NCBI RefSeq assembly: GCF_964355755.1
Contig: NC_092670.1
Coordinates: 34,832,388-34,896,387 of the forward strand
Reading direction: 5' to 3'
DNA: 64,000 nucleotides
DNA from: Antedon mediterranea
Taxonomy: Eukaryota; Animalia; Echinodermata
In this document: piece by piece, positions 41,401 through 53,396 of the stretch
Position numbering within the stretch: position 1 is the stretch's first letter
How the letters are laid out: every line of letters begins with the position of its first letter
Notes under the pieces: generated by a model
What the model was told of the DNA's origin: nothing
Databases searched by the model: none
What the model saw: only the letters and a program-made list of their open reading frames with translations
Position numbers and translations under genes: made by a program

Positions 41401-42288
41401 ATCATATTCTGATTCCTAAATCATTTCTCGATCTCGATTGTTCCAAATATTAGGCCTACATTGCAATTCATGCATTCATTCATTCATTCATTCTTTATTT
41501 AGCCTTTAAAATCGAAATACATTTAAAACAAGGTAACAAAAACAAGACAGTATAGACACACCACCGTAGGCCTACACAACATCAAGTCGAGAATAAAGCT
41601 TGGCTCCAACTGGGACGCAATGCAAGTAAAGGACGTAGACGTAGAAACGAGTTGACCAATAACCGGGCCAATAACAAGCGACAGTCGAATAAATCCATCG
41701 CTTGTGTTTGGTTTTTGGTCAAATCGTTACGTCGTTGTGTTGCGTCTCCAGTGGGAACTAAACATGAGTAATTTAGATACCTACGCACCAAATAACTGAA
41801 TGATAGAGAATGTTTTTATTAATTAAAATAATACCTGGTTTTTAAATCATTTTTTTTTTGCATACCGCAAGGCGGTATACTATTTCATATTGTAACTAGG
41901 CCCTACCTATATAAAAAGACACCATTATTTGAACCCTGTTTGAGACCTCCGGGAGTGGTGACTTACGTTAATTAACGGAAGCTAGGAGTGTTTATTGATA
42001 TTCTGTCGGTTTTGTGCCACTTTTTTTGGTTAAAATTACAAATAGATATAGGGTACATATTGTAAAACATGTTTGATTATTAATAGGCCTACATAGTGTC
42101 ATACAACTGAAGTTATGTGTGAATATGTCGAATTGTTTTTGCTTCATTAATATTATCTCATTTGTATCCATATTATTGTCTACCCGTTGTGCCCAACAGC
42201 CACTTTCTACACTATTACTGTAATACCTTGGTTAATACTGAAGTAGAGGCAAAGTATTTAAAGATTCTTATTTCCTCTTAAAGTCTTA

Positions 42289-43364
42289 GGCCCTGTTCAG
42301 ACCCATGGCGTTAGACCGTTTTAGCGTACGACGCTAAAAGAATGTGTGTCTGAACAGTTGGGGATTAGCGTACAACGCGTCGTACAACGGTTGTAGCGTT
42401 GTAGTGGAAAACGGTTGATAGTACCGTTTTAGCGTACGACGCTACTGTAAGTCAACGTTGTATCCAATCAGAACGTTTCCTGTTATGACGCGATACAAGG
42501 TTTGACCTAGGCTGACATCTTGTATCGTCAATGTGTGAGATGGATTTCAATAACAAAAAGGCCAGAATAAATAAGGCCTAACTACACTACAAATACAACT
42601 GTTACAAAGGCTACAAACTATTATCAACTGATTACCATTATATTTTCTAACAAATGACATAAATACATGCACCTTGTATTTAAACATAGTGACTACGATC
42701 CCATCCGCTTTTAGGCCTAGCTAGGCCTAGAGCCATTCACGCATTTCATTCAAGCTAAAAACTAGCGTGGGATATCAAGTCACTCATTCATACAAGGCAG
42801 ACTAGACTGGACAAGTTTAATGCTGAAAACCCCCTAACTCCTAACAAAATCAGTAAACAAACAAGGGGGAGCTGTGTCCTTTTATTAGCAAGTTAAGGGT
42901 TATTTTCAACCGACTGGACCAAAGAATATATATCTTTGACTGGACTGGATAGACTAGTAATCACAATCATTTTTTTCTTCATCATTACTTTACTGCTTTA
43001 TTTTCGTAACACAAGAGCCTGGGGAAAATGTTTTTTACCACAAAATAAAAACAATAGAAACAGAAATTTGGCTTTACTATATTTTTCTTAAATAAATGCT
43101 GAGGTATGTTTTATTTACGGCAAATTTTGTCATAATTTAGGGCTGAGATCTAGGCCTATATACAGTGGAAATAATGATGAAAACACGTGGGTAAGAGTAC
43201 ATGAATATGCAACTAGAAACAACCTGGATGACGTACTTCCGTTGTAACGATAATCGTACGCTATGGGTCTGAACACCTCGTTTTTTTCTCTGCCGTTTGT
43301 AACGTGACCTTGATAGTAACGTTGTACGCTAAAACGGTCTAACGCCATGGGTCTGAACAGGGCC
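42289..43364. mobile_element. Non-autonomous TIR transposon of about 1.08 kb, Harbinger-like termini
   Basis: Perfect TIR of about 40 bp, GGCCCTGTTCAGACCCATGGCGTTAGACCGTTTTAGCGTAC; TA on both sides; TAGCGTAC subterminal repeats. Confidence 0.8.
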
Positions 43365-43889
43365 TACGGCCCTATTTATTGTCCTCTGGATATAGGGTGT
43401 CCCAAAGGGCTTTTATAAGTGCCGCGCAAGCACTTTATACATTGTGATTGTAATTTGTATCAAATAATAGTCGCGTTATTGCAAACAAATGACACTTGAC
43501 TTGTTTGCAAATATTCTCACGATGAATTAAAAAGAAAGTAAAACGTTGGAATGTCAGTTGTATGTTCAATGAATCGCAAAAGTCTCATGGGTTCTTCTGA
43601 AATAATGAAAGACTATTAACATCGGTACCACAAGAACCAATTTAATTTTCCGCCATGATTTTATTTATTTGCCTAAAATAACATCAAGTGACTTTTATTA
43701 CACACGAGTCAATTAGCACTTAATCACGCTGTGATTACGATAACATACAGGGAGAACAGACAAGAGCAGACCAAAAACGGATTATTAAATGTATTTACCA
43801 GGATTACAATTTCTGTTTTCTTTTCTTACTGGACGTAGGCCATTTACATACACAGGGAAGTATACCACCGTACCCAAACAAACTGAGTA

Positions 43890-44360
43890 CGTGCATTGCG
43901 GCAATTCGGATAGAATACGATATTTTCAACGCACTGCGGCAGTGCCGATAGAATACGTTACTTTCACACGCATTGCGGCCCTTCCGGTAGAATACGTTAC
44001 TTTCACTCGTACTGCGGCAGTTCCGATAAAATAAGTTACTTTCACACCATAGTCAATAGCTATTGACTATATGTTCATAGGCATTGCGGAACTGCCGATG
44101 AGTATTACGTTAGTTTCACACGCATTGCGGCACTGCCGAATACGTTACTTTCACACGCACTGAGCGGCAGTGCGGATAGAATACGATGCTTTCACTCGTA
44201 CTGAGCGGCACTGCCGATAGAATACGATAGGCGCGGCCTAATTTCACGCGCATTGCGACACACTTCCGATTGAATACGATCCCCTTCACCCGCACTGAGG
44301 CAGTTTCGCTAGAATACTTTCATCCGCAGTGCTGCAGTGCCGATAGAATGCGATGAATCT
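43890..44360. repeat. GC-rich minisatellite, about 39-bp unit, about 11 diverged copies
   Basis: GCA(C/T)TGCGGCA(G/C)TGCCGATAGAATACGTTACTTTCACAC units at 43931, 43970, 44009 and onward; interrupted near 44048-44075 by the palindrome CATAGTCAATAGCTATTGACTAT. Confidence 0.85.
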
Positions 44361-46003
44361 AAGTTCATGTTGCGTGTTCTTCAGACGATTTGGGATAGGC
44401 CTAAGATGAAGATAAACATTATAGTGCGTTTACCCAACACACTCAGTGAAACCCTAGATAACCTCATCGCTATTGTTTTTATTCTGGTAAATGTGTCCGT
44501 GATTTGTCTGGCCGCTTCCTCAATATTCAGAATAATTATGTTCAACAGACATCACCATACTCCAAGGATGCTTATTAGGTTTTTAAAAAATATACTCTTG
44601 CTTGGAAAACTGCTGTTTCGTCTGCTACTTTTCCGAAGTATAATATAACCACGTATGAATTAGGGCGATAGCGAAAGTTCATTTATTCTTTTTGATAATA
44701 ATAATCTAACCTACAAACTAATTACATTCAATAAGACCTATGCGATACGGTACTATTTCCACGATATTGATTCATATGAGGTAGGTCTACAAGTTAACTT
44801 TAAGTCCTCTGTTATTCGATAGTTATTATGTATAAGAGCAACCCCTCCTCCTCGTTGTTGTTTATATTTAGACCTTCCCCGTTGTTTCTTATAGCTTCAA
44901 AAGGTTTAAGTGTAAAGATTTCATATACAAAAAATCAATTGTATTATCATATTTAAGTTGATGAATTTCATAAAGGACAGTCAAATAATCTAATTGAATT
45001 AAAAGTCGGTATGAAGCATTATTTTCGCCGTCTATTCCACTAGAAATGATTTCGGTTGGTCTGTCTGTCAATCTATGGTCTGTCCTATGTCAAACAAAAG
45101 CTTAGTATAGTAGGCTGTAGTACAAAACACTAATGAAATCCGGACACTTTCAACATACAATATATAATAATTTATTCAATGACATGTGGCTTTAAATATA
45201 TAAATAAGGCGGCAAGTAAAGTGGGTTGAACTCGTATGAATATAACGGCAGGTTTCATTTTAGCTCAACAAATTATCGATTCATCTCCCTCCGACAATAT
45301 CCGAGACAAGAAGCTTGGAAATTCACATAAATCACATTAAATGAATGGAGCAAGCCATTGGGCTTAATGGCGAGTTATCGACAAACAATTTCTTAGTAGG
45401 GGTGTGAAATAAAGCACAGTATTCGGTGAGAGAGCAAAGGATAGTTTCTGTTTATAAAGACATATACTTTGATGTTATATTATATTAAGCAGAAAAACAA
45501 TAGTGATTTGATATTTGTTGTAGGCGTATTTGTTTGTTTTTTCTCATTCTATTGATGTTTTTTTTTTTTTTTTTTTTATCTTTTGTGGTAGCCACCACCT
45601 ATATTCATCATTCAATCTTTCATAAATGTATTACAATTTTTGTATATACTCTCGTTTCATATAATATATAATACATTTCTATTAATACATGTTATTTTCA
45701 ATAAATCCATCCTACTTAACATCTAATATTCAATTAACTATGTTTGTTTTTTCTTTTGATTAGAACAATCAGTTGTATTCATTTCGTAACAAATTATCAT
45801 TATTTGTTGTTTTATAGTATCCTATTTTTATATAATTTCTACTAGTACTGATTTCTTCTTTGTATACATATAATCTAATCTAACACATTCCCATTCTCTT
45901 AGCATTTTTTTTTCATTTTTTTTTATAGATATTTACAATCATAGTATACTACATGTATTACCGTTGCATTTGTTTCGATCAAACATATATTCAATGACGA
46001 CAT

Positions 46004-46651
46004 CACCAGGTAAAAACATTTTATTTCAGTGTGCCAAAATGTATAGATGATGTTAAACAAAATAATATTCACTGATGTTTAATATGTCTGCATTAAGATG
46101 TTAAATGCCCATTTCCTTTGTAATGCTATATAATCTTTTTGTTCACCAGGTAAAAACATTTTATTTCAGTATGCCAAAATGTATAGATGATGTTAAACAA
46201 AATAATATTCACTGATGTTTAATATGTCTGCATTAAGATGTTAAATGCCCATTTCCTTTGTAATGCTATATAATCTTTTTGTTCACCAGGTAAAAACGTT
46301 TTATTTCAGTATGCCAAAATGTATAGATGATGTTAAACAAAATAATATTCACTGATGTTTAATATGTCTGCATTAATATGTTAAATACCCATTTCCTTTG
46401 TAATGCTATATAATCTTTTTGTTCACCAGGTAAAAACGTTTTATTTCAGTATGCCAAAATGTATAGATGATGTTAAAGAAAATGATATTCGCTGATGTTT
46501 AATATGTCTGCATTAAGATGTTAAACAAGCATTGTCTTTATAAATGTTGTATAATCTTTTTGTTCACCAGGTAAAAACGTTTTATTTCAGTATGCCAAAA
46601 TATTAGATGATGTTAAACAAAATGATATTCTCTGATGTTTAATATGTCTGC
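46004..46651. repeat. Tandem array, 140-bp unit, about 4.6 copies
   Basis: CACCAGGTAAAAAC at 46004, 46144, 46284, 46424, 46565. Confidence 0.95.
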
Positions 46652-47287
46652 ACCATTGCGCATGTGCCTAATTCTCCATTATTCCATTTATGACTTGTTT
46701 TTATGAAAAACGCCTCTTTTTTAACTCTCTCTAATTAGATGTTGTTAACTAACAAATGATATACACTGCATGATGTCTGCATTAAGACCTTAAAAACCAT
46801 TGCAAATATGCCTAATTCTGCATTATGCCTTTTATGGCATGTTATGATATTAAATACACCCTTTTTACTCTCTCCAATTAGATGTAATTTCCTTCATATA
46901 ATTTGCAATGTTTCACATCCCTATTTCAGCAAAAGTAAGTTAATAAAAGCACCACCAAACCCAGCAGTCATACCCCAAAAAAATAACATAACCCATGTTG
47001 CAAACCGCACAAAAAGTCAACAAATATGTCAGAAGTTGAAAAAAGGAGTCATTGAAGAGTTTCAAAATTTACCTACCGAAAATAAACACACTTATCTCCC
47101 ACAAAAAAAACAAACCGCCATTAAGCCACACAAAACCATTCCTGGAAAGAGAAATAAATACACCTTTTTAAAATTGATGGTTCAACGATTCAACACATTT
47201 TAAACTAACTTTCAAAATAAGATAACATCAATATACTACTGACCGATTAAATCGGACAATTTCAATATGTCTCACCTTAACTAAGAC

Positions 47288-49056
47288 TTAGCAGACCATT
47301 CCAGGGATGGCTAGATCCACCCCTAAAATGAAGTTGCCCACCGTTTCTCTTTGGTTCACAGGTGTTGTAGGAGGTTGTAAGACTACATGGCGGGTCTGAT
47401 AAATAATATCTTCAGTACAAATATCATCAAAGTCAGCCTAAATATAATAAGTAATATTAATAATACAAAATGGTAAGTAAGCTATATTATTCTCGTTACC
47501 ATTGATTCATCATTTTACACCCATATAGGTTCTATATCAGTAGCTTAAAAAAAGTCTTGCGAAAGTCTTACTTTATATTTTTTTATATTGTTCTTTTTAA
47601 ATCCAAGTTTTCTTTTTAGGACATCGAAGAAACTAGCTTTAGGAATTTCAATCTTCTTCTCTTCATCAAACTCAGCCCAAACACCACATGCGCAGATAGC
47701 TAGTCCATCGTCCGGTCGTTCATCCGACTCTTGGTCTGAATCTGAATAGCATAGATAATTGAATATTCATTTTCATTAATATTGCGTATTCACTAGAAAA
47801 CGATAATTGATTTGAGATGAATGTTGTGTGTTTGTTGTACCCTTTCCCTCATTTTTCTTCTCCTTCTTTATTTTTTTCTTTCTATTCTTGTCCTCATCTT
47901 TCTTTTCCTTCTGTTCTTTCTTCCTTTCTTTTTCTTTCTTCTTCTTTCCTTTCTTCTCCTTTTTTTTTTTGTTCTTTCCCTTCTTTGCCTTCTCATCCTC
48001 CTTGTCTTCCTCCTCCTCCTCCTCCTCCTCATCATCATCACATCTTTGGAGTGGTGTCACATGAATTATATTGTTTGCTGCTTCAGGCTTTAAGTAAAAC
48101 AAAATTTTCATCTTTAATTAAGTTAATAAATGTAGAATAAATAAATACGCCAGAGTATTATTATTAGTAATTACCATGTCCTTCTGTTTTTTCCCCTCTT
48201 TCTTTTTTTGTTTCTTTTCTTTCTTCTCCTCTTTCTTTTTTTCTTTCTTTTCGTTTTTCTCCTCATCTTTCTTTTCCTTCTGTTCTTTCTTTCTTTCTTT
48301 TTCATTCTTCTTCTTTTCTTTCTTCTCCTCTTTTTTGTTCTTTCCCTTCTTTGCCTTCTCATCCTCCTTGTCTTCCTCCTCATCATCAAATCTTTGGAGT
48401 GGTGTCACATTAATGATATTGTTTGCTGCTTCAGGCTGTAAGTAAAACAAAATTGTCATTTCCATTTGTATAAATTAATATCGAGTAAATTAATTAGCCA
48501 GAGAATTATTAATAGTAATTACCATGTCCTTCTGTCTTTTCTCCTCTTTCTTTTTCTCTTTCTTTTCCCTCTTCTCCTCCTCTTTCTTTTCATCCTTCTC
48601 CATTTTGTTCTTTCTTTTCTTTTCCTCCTTTTCCTGCTTCTTCTTCTTTTTATCCTCCTTGTTATCAGCTCCTTTCATTAGCTGTGCATTATTCAGCGTA
48701 CTCCTTGTGTCAATACTTGTGAGAGCATTAGACTATAATGTAAAGAACATATATAGTTATTGGTAATACTTTTACTACCAGGCATGGTAAATGTTAAAAC
48801 AAGACAGGCAGTTATTAGACCTAATTAGTAGTCGTCATACCCTTTGAGCAAATCCATCGTAGAAAGTTTTAAGCATTTCTTCAGCTTCACCTGCAGTTGC
48901 CAAAGTCAACTCTTGGTCGTAACCATGATCAATAGCTACAGCAGCAGCATAGTTGGTGGCAGATGCAGCTGCTGCGTTAGAGGCAGATGTAGCTGCAGCG
49001 GTAGCGTTGATGTTAGATACAGCGTTGGTGGCAGATGCAGCGGCAACTGGTATGAC
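47288..49056 (-). CDS. Uncharacterised spliced gene: Ala-rich N-part, three Lys/Glu-rich exons, unique C-terminus
   Basis: Exons 49056-48841, 48732-48523, 48435-48175, 48087-47841, 47741-47572, 47437-47288. All have AG/GT boundaries; intron phases 0,0,0,1,0 give 417 open codons to TAA. Start uncertain: in-frame ATG at 48876 (357 aa), or upstream micro-exon 50650-50618, which has an in-frame TAA. Confidence 0.65.
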
Positions 49057-49573
49057 CTATAAAACGAATTTGTAACTGATCATTTAAATCAAGTTTAATC
49101 AAAATTAAAAAAATCCATGAATGATGTAATGTAATAAAATAAATTATGTCATCTGTCAATCAACTACCACATAAAACTTCAAACAACTATTAATTGGTCA
49201 ATCAATTATTAATCTATAATAAACTATAACATTCAGTAAGTCAATCTCTAAATCTCCTAGATGATTGAATTATTATATTATTTATTTATGAATAATAATC
49301 AATATTATTATTATTATGTGATTTTTTTTGTTTATTTCAAGTGTTGTTTGTTATCAATTTTAAGTTTCACTCATTTAGTACATTTATTCATTAATATTTA
49401 TTTATTATTATTTTAATTCCAATTACAATACTAGTAAAATAATAATAATCAATTAATACTTCTTTAATTTTCAATATTAAAATTAATCTAAAAGCTTTTG
49501 ATTTATAACTTATAAAGTATTAACAATTTATTGAAAGAATTGATCCAAATCATTAGTTTAAATAAATACTTAA

Positions 49574-50119
49574 AGATGTATTGTCCCTTGAAACACAAAA
49601 AAATGAAGGTCAAAATATTCTAAATTTAAAGTGGCCATATCAAAGTAATATTAAAGTTATTCACTTTAAGTCGAAAATTTAAGCCAAAACAACAAGTTTA
49701 CGTAATTAACAGGTAAATTAATTTGATTACATTTCATCTGGAAAATCGTCACGAGCGAAAGTAAACAAAGATTTCAAACCATGAGTACGCATTATGCATA
49801 TGCTAAATTAGGATTGTTTACAACTTGTCACGGTTAAGAAGGTATTTTCACACAGATCATGAAGAAGTTTTATGACTATGCATACAGAGTAGCCAAACAA
49901 GCGCGTTTCATTATGGGATATGTTTTGATTGAAAACTTTGACTGGAAGTCAAAGTTATTTTTTTAACAAAAAAACGTCTGTATTTCAGTTAAATGATTTT
50001 TTTTTCGACAAATTTTTGGTGATAGTTAATAATTATTATGATACTTCAAAATGACCCCCCTTTTTTCGAAATCTGTTATTTTTTATTTTTTTGGAATTAG
50101 TCAAAGGGACAATACATCT
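49574..50119. mobile_element. Non-autonomous Kolobok element (546 bp)
   Basis: TTAA|AGATGTATTGTCCCTT ... AAGGGACAATACATCT|TTAA: 16-bp perfect TIR starting with RR, TTAA TSD. Confidence 0.8.
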
Positions 50120-51711
50120 TTAAAATTAAATTCAATATTATACAAACTGTTATTAAGTTTGATTATGTAAACATAAAAATAAAAAAAACACAACATTCAC
50201 AAATAATGTTAGTAGTGTTAGTCAGAACAAAACTCCATAGAAGTAATTATAAATATGTTTTATTGCTAGTTATTAATGAGAAAATTTAAAGGACATTATT
50301 TACACAAATATAATATAATATAATTATAAATACACAACAAAACACAAAACGAGGTTTAGTTTATTGCAAAAACAATAGAAAAAAAAATAATACTTTATTA
50401 CTAAACTATAGTGGATATTATTATTATTATTCAATGTAAATTACAACATTATAACATGAGCATAATATCATTTTATAAACATTCACATTAAATTAAAATG
50501 AAGATAAAGCTTTCACATTACTAGATATAACGTTAACAAAACAATATGAACAATATGATGAATATGAACTCCAAAGCAAGGTGCAAAATAAAAAAATAAA
50601 AAATGGAGAAATTTTACCCGTTGTGTTGTTTAGTCTTGATCTTGTAACATCTGGCCAATATATAGGCGAATATATTTATTGACAATACAATTTTAAAATA
50701 TAAAAAATGGTAAAACAGTTCTAGTTAGGCCTAGCCTAGGCTAGGTCTATTTTAGACATATATTTGTTGTATAAATCAGCTCACATACATAGGCCTAGCA
50801 ACGCACAAAAAATGGTATTGCAAAATTCACATTAAATTTATAATTCGTGTAGCTTTACCCTTGAAATTATTCTTACTTCTACTACTAGGCCCTAGGTTAA
50901 CCAGCAGGTTTCTACGAGCAGGCTTCAGACTTCAGGCCAAACCCAGATGAGCAATATATATGGACAGGATTTCACGTAACAAAACTAAGCGTGAAGCAGC
51001 TGCTCTGTGAGGATTCGACGTTCCCCACTCCCCCGCGTTGAGACAACAATTGTTACTGTAAAGGGCTAGCTATCTAATCTCTTTTTGGTAAAATATAATA
51101 GTTAAAACTAATAATTAGCAATTATTATTGATATTATTATTTTATTGTTCCTAAAAAAAAGTTTGTTGCGCAGCAAGTCGATCGCGCAACGAGCCGATGA
51201 TGGCCTTTTGTTGAGGGTACGTCTCTCTCTCCCCCCTGGCCTGGCACCACCACCACCCGCCGCTCTGGATCGAGGCTAGAAACAAACTTTTTTTCGACAA
51301 ATTACCGTTAATTATCGAACTTAAAATTGTAGTACTGCTGTATATGATCTGGAACAAAATAAGCTGCTTTTAACTTACCACGTGTACGACGTTGGTCGAG
51401 TCTTCTTTACAACAGAGCATAGTTTTTTATCAGTGAGATACAATAATAAAGCTTGTTTATCAAACAAAACGCGAAAAGTAAAAAAGTGTGAAAGGACAGT
51501 AAACATACGTACGTAACCAAGTAACCACGTGCAACCCTCTGCGCGCCTTTTCATCAGCACATGCGCACAAACTAATGTTTTTAATAAAGCGTGATTACGT
51601 AACTTTAACTATGGTTTGACGGCGGACGCATGGAAAATCTGACAACCTGAACTTTCTTGTTTTATTTTATAGTTATTATTATATTTAGTTATCAATAATA
51701 ATCAATACTAT

Positions 51712-52890
51712 TAGACAAAACTGGTTACTATGGCCATATAAGATGATACAAAACAATATATGCGCGTATATAGCCATATTACCGCATAATAGTTGAATTT
51801 TAAAAAGTCGATATTTCGGGCATTTTCCGAAATAAAACCTGTACTATAGTACAGAGATTTTTTCCAAAAATGGCAAATTTTCGACCCTTTTATTTTTCGA
51901 CAAAACTGGTTACTATGGCTCTATAAAGATGATACAAAATATATATGCGCTTATATAGCCATATTATCGCATAATAATTGAATTTTAAAAAGTCAATATT
52001 TCGGCCATTTTTCGGGAAAAAAAACCTGTGCTATAGTACAGGGGTTTTTCCAAAAATGGCAAATTTTTGACCCTTTTATTTTTCGACAAAACTGGTTACT
52101 ATGGCTCTATAAAGATGATACAAAATATATATGCGCTTATATAGCCATATTATCGCATAATAATTGAATTTTAAAAAGTCAATATTTCGGCCATTTTTCG
52201 GGAAAAAAAACCTGTGCTATAGTACAGGGGTTTTTCCAAAAATGGCAAATTTTTGACCCTTTTATTTTTCGACAAAACTGGTTACTAATAATAATAATAA
52301 TAATAATTGAATTTAACAAGTCGATATTTCGGGCATTTTCCGAAAAAAAAAAACGAGATTTTTTCCAAAAAAATAAAGATGCAATAGTAACCATTTATGT
52401 CAAAAGTCCCAATTTTGAGACCTTTTTATTTTTCGATAAAACTGGTTACTATAGCACAATTGACATGCGCAGAACCCATTATTCGACTCTACGCATGTTT
52501 TTTATGCTATTTATGTCAAAAAATAAAAGGGTCGAAAATCGGCAATTTTTCGAAAATTTCGCTTTTTTTTGTTGACATAAACGAATAATGGGTTCTGCGC
52601 ATATCAGTTGTGCTATGGTAACCAGTTTTGACATAAATGGTTACTATAGTATAATAAACATGCGCAGAAGCGAATAATGGGTTCTGCGCATGTCAATTGT
52701 GCTACATTTTTTGGAAAAAATGTGTCAGTTGAGTCGTTCTTTCATGACAGGGCAGTAAGAATGGCAAATTTTCGAACCTTTTTATTTTTTGACAGAACTG
52801 GTTACTACGGCTCTATAAGATGATACAAAACAATATATGCGCTTATATAGCCATATAATAGCATAATAATTGAATTAAAAAAAGTAAATA
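51712..52890. repeat. Tandem array of about 186-bp unit with embedded inverted block
   Basis: GACAAAACTGGTTACTA at about 51715, 51899, 52085, 52271 and a variant near 52791; palindromic block about 52383-52650. Confidence 0.85.
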
Positions 52891-53396
52891 TTTTGATAAT
52901 GCAAAGTACGTGCATAAAAATGTTAATCTTTAATTTTGGGTGATTTTGTCGAAAAGTACGACAATATTAGCGCATAAAAATTGATTTTAAAAAAAGTCCT
53001 GATGTTATACAGAGGATTTTATAGGCAAAAATTTGACCTTTTTGAATTCAATTATTATTACGTTATTATCAGCGTATAGTACCATAGGAAGAAGTTACGT
53101 TAACAATAAAACACATAAGGGTAACATGTGACGAACAACACTGTATCACGTAATACTATCGGATGATTAAAACACTAATCGGATATCGACACATCTTAAA
53201 GTACATAAAGTTCAAAACTTGTCGGCGTGCCTCTGGTGACAATTAAAATAGTGGTTTCCAAATTGTAACCACAAACCCGTGAGTTGACTCATAAAGAAAA
53301 TGACCTAATTTAAGTTTTACATGATGACAGAGACAAGAGGACAAGTAACTAACTTATTACAAAAAACAACTCCCTGTTTCTACTGTATGCCCGCTC

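Noticed and set aside
43890-44360. 39-bp repeats as a CRISPR array
   Set aside because: Units are contiguous with no unique spacers, no cas genes are present, and the context is eukaryotic.
46004-46651. 140-bp units as C/D snoRNA repeats or repeated micro-exons
   Set aside because: The ATGATGT and CTGA words are too close for a snoRNA; the GT-AG interval is only about 20 nt.
46808-47203. 131-aa plus-strand ORF
   Set aside because: No recognisable domain or splice support; partly duplicates nearby repeat sequence and is probably antisense to the orphan gene's 3' region.
47817-48766. Plus-strand Phe/Leu/Ser-rich ORFs resembling membrane proteins
   Set aside because: Antisense shadows of the K/E-rich exons; splice signals support the minus strand.
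43380-53300. One giant transposon enclosing the orphan gene and arrays
   Set aside because: No matching TIRs, TSD or transposase fragment found by eye; left as an untested hypothesis.
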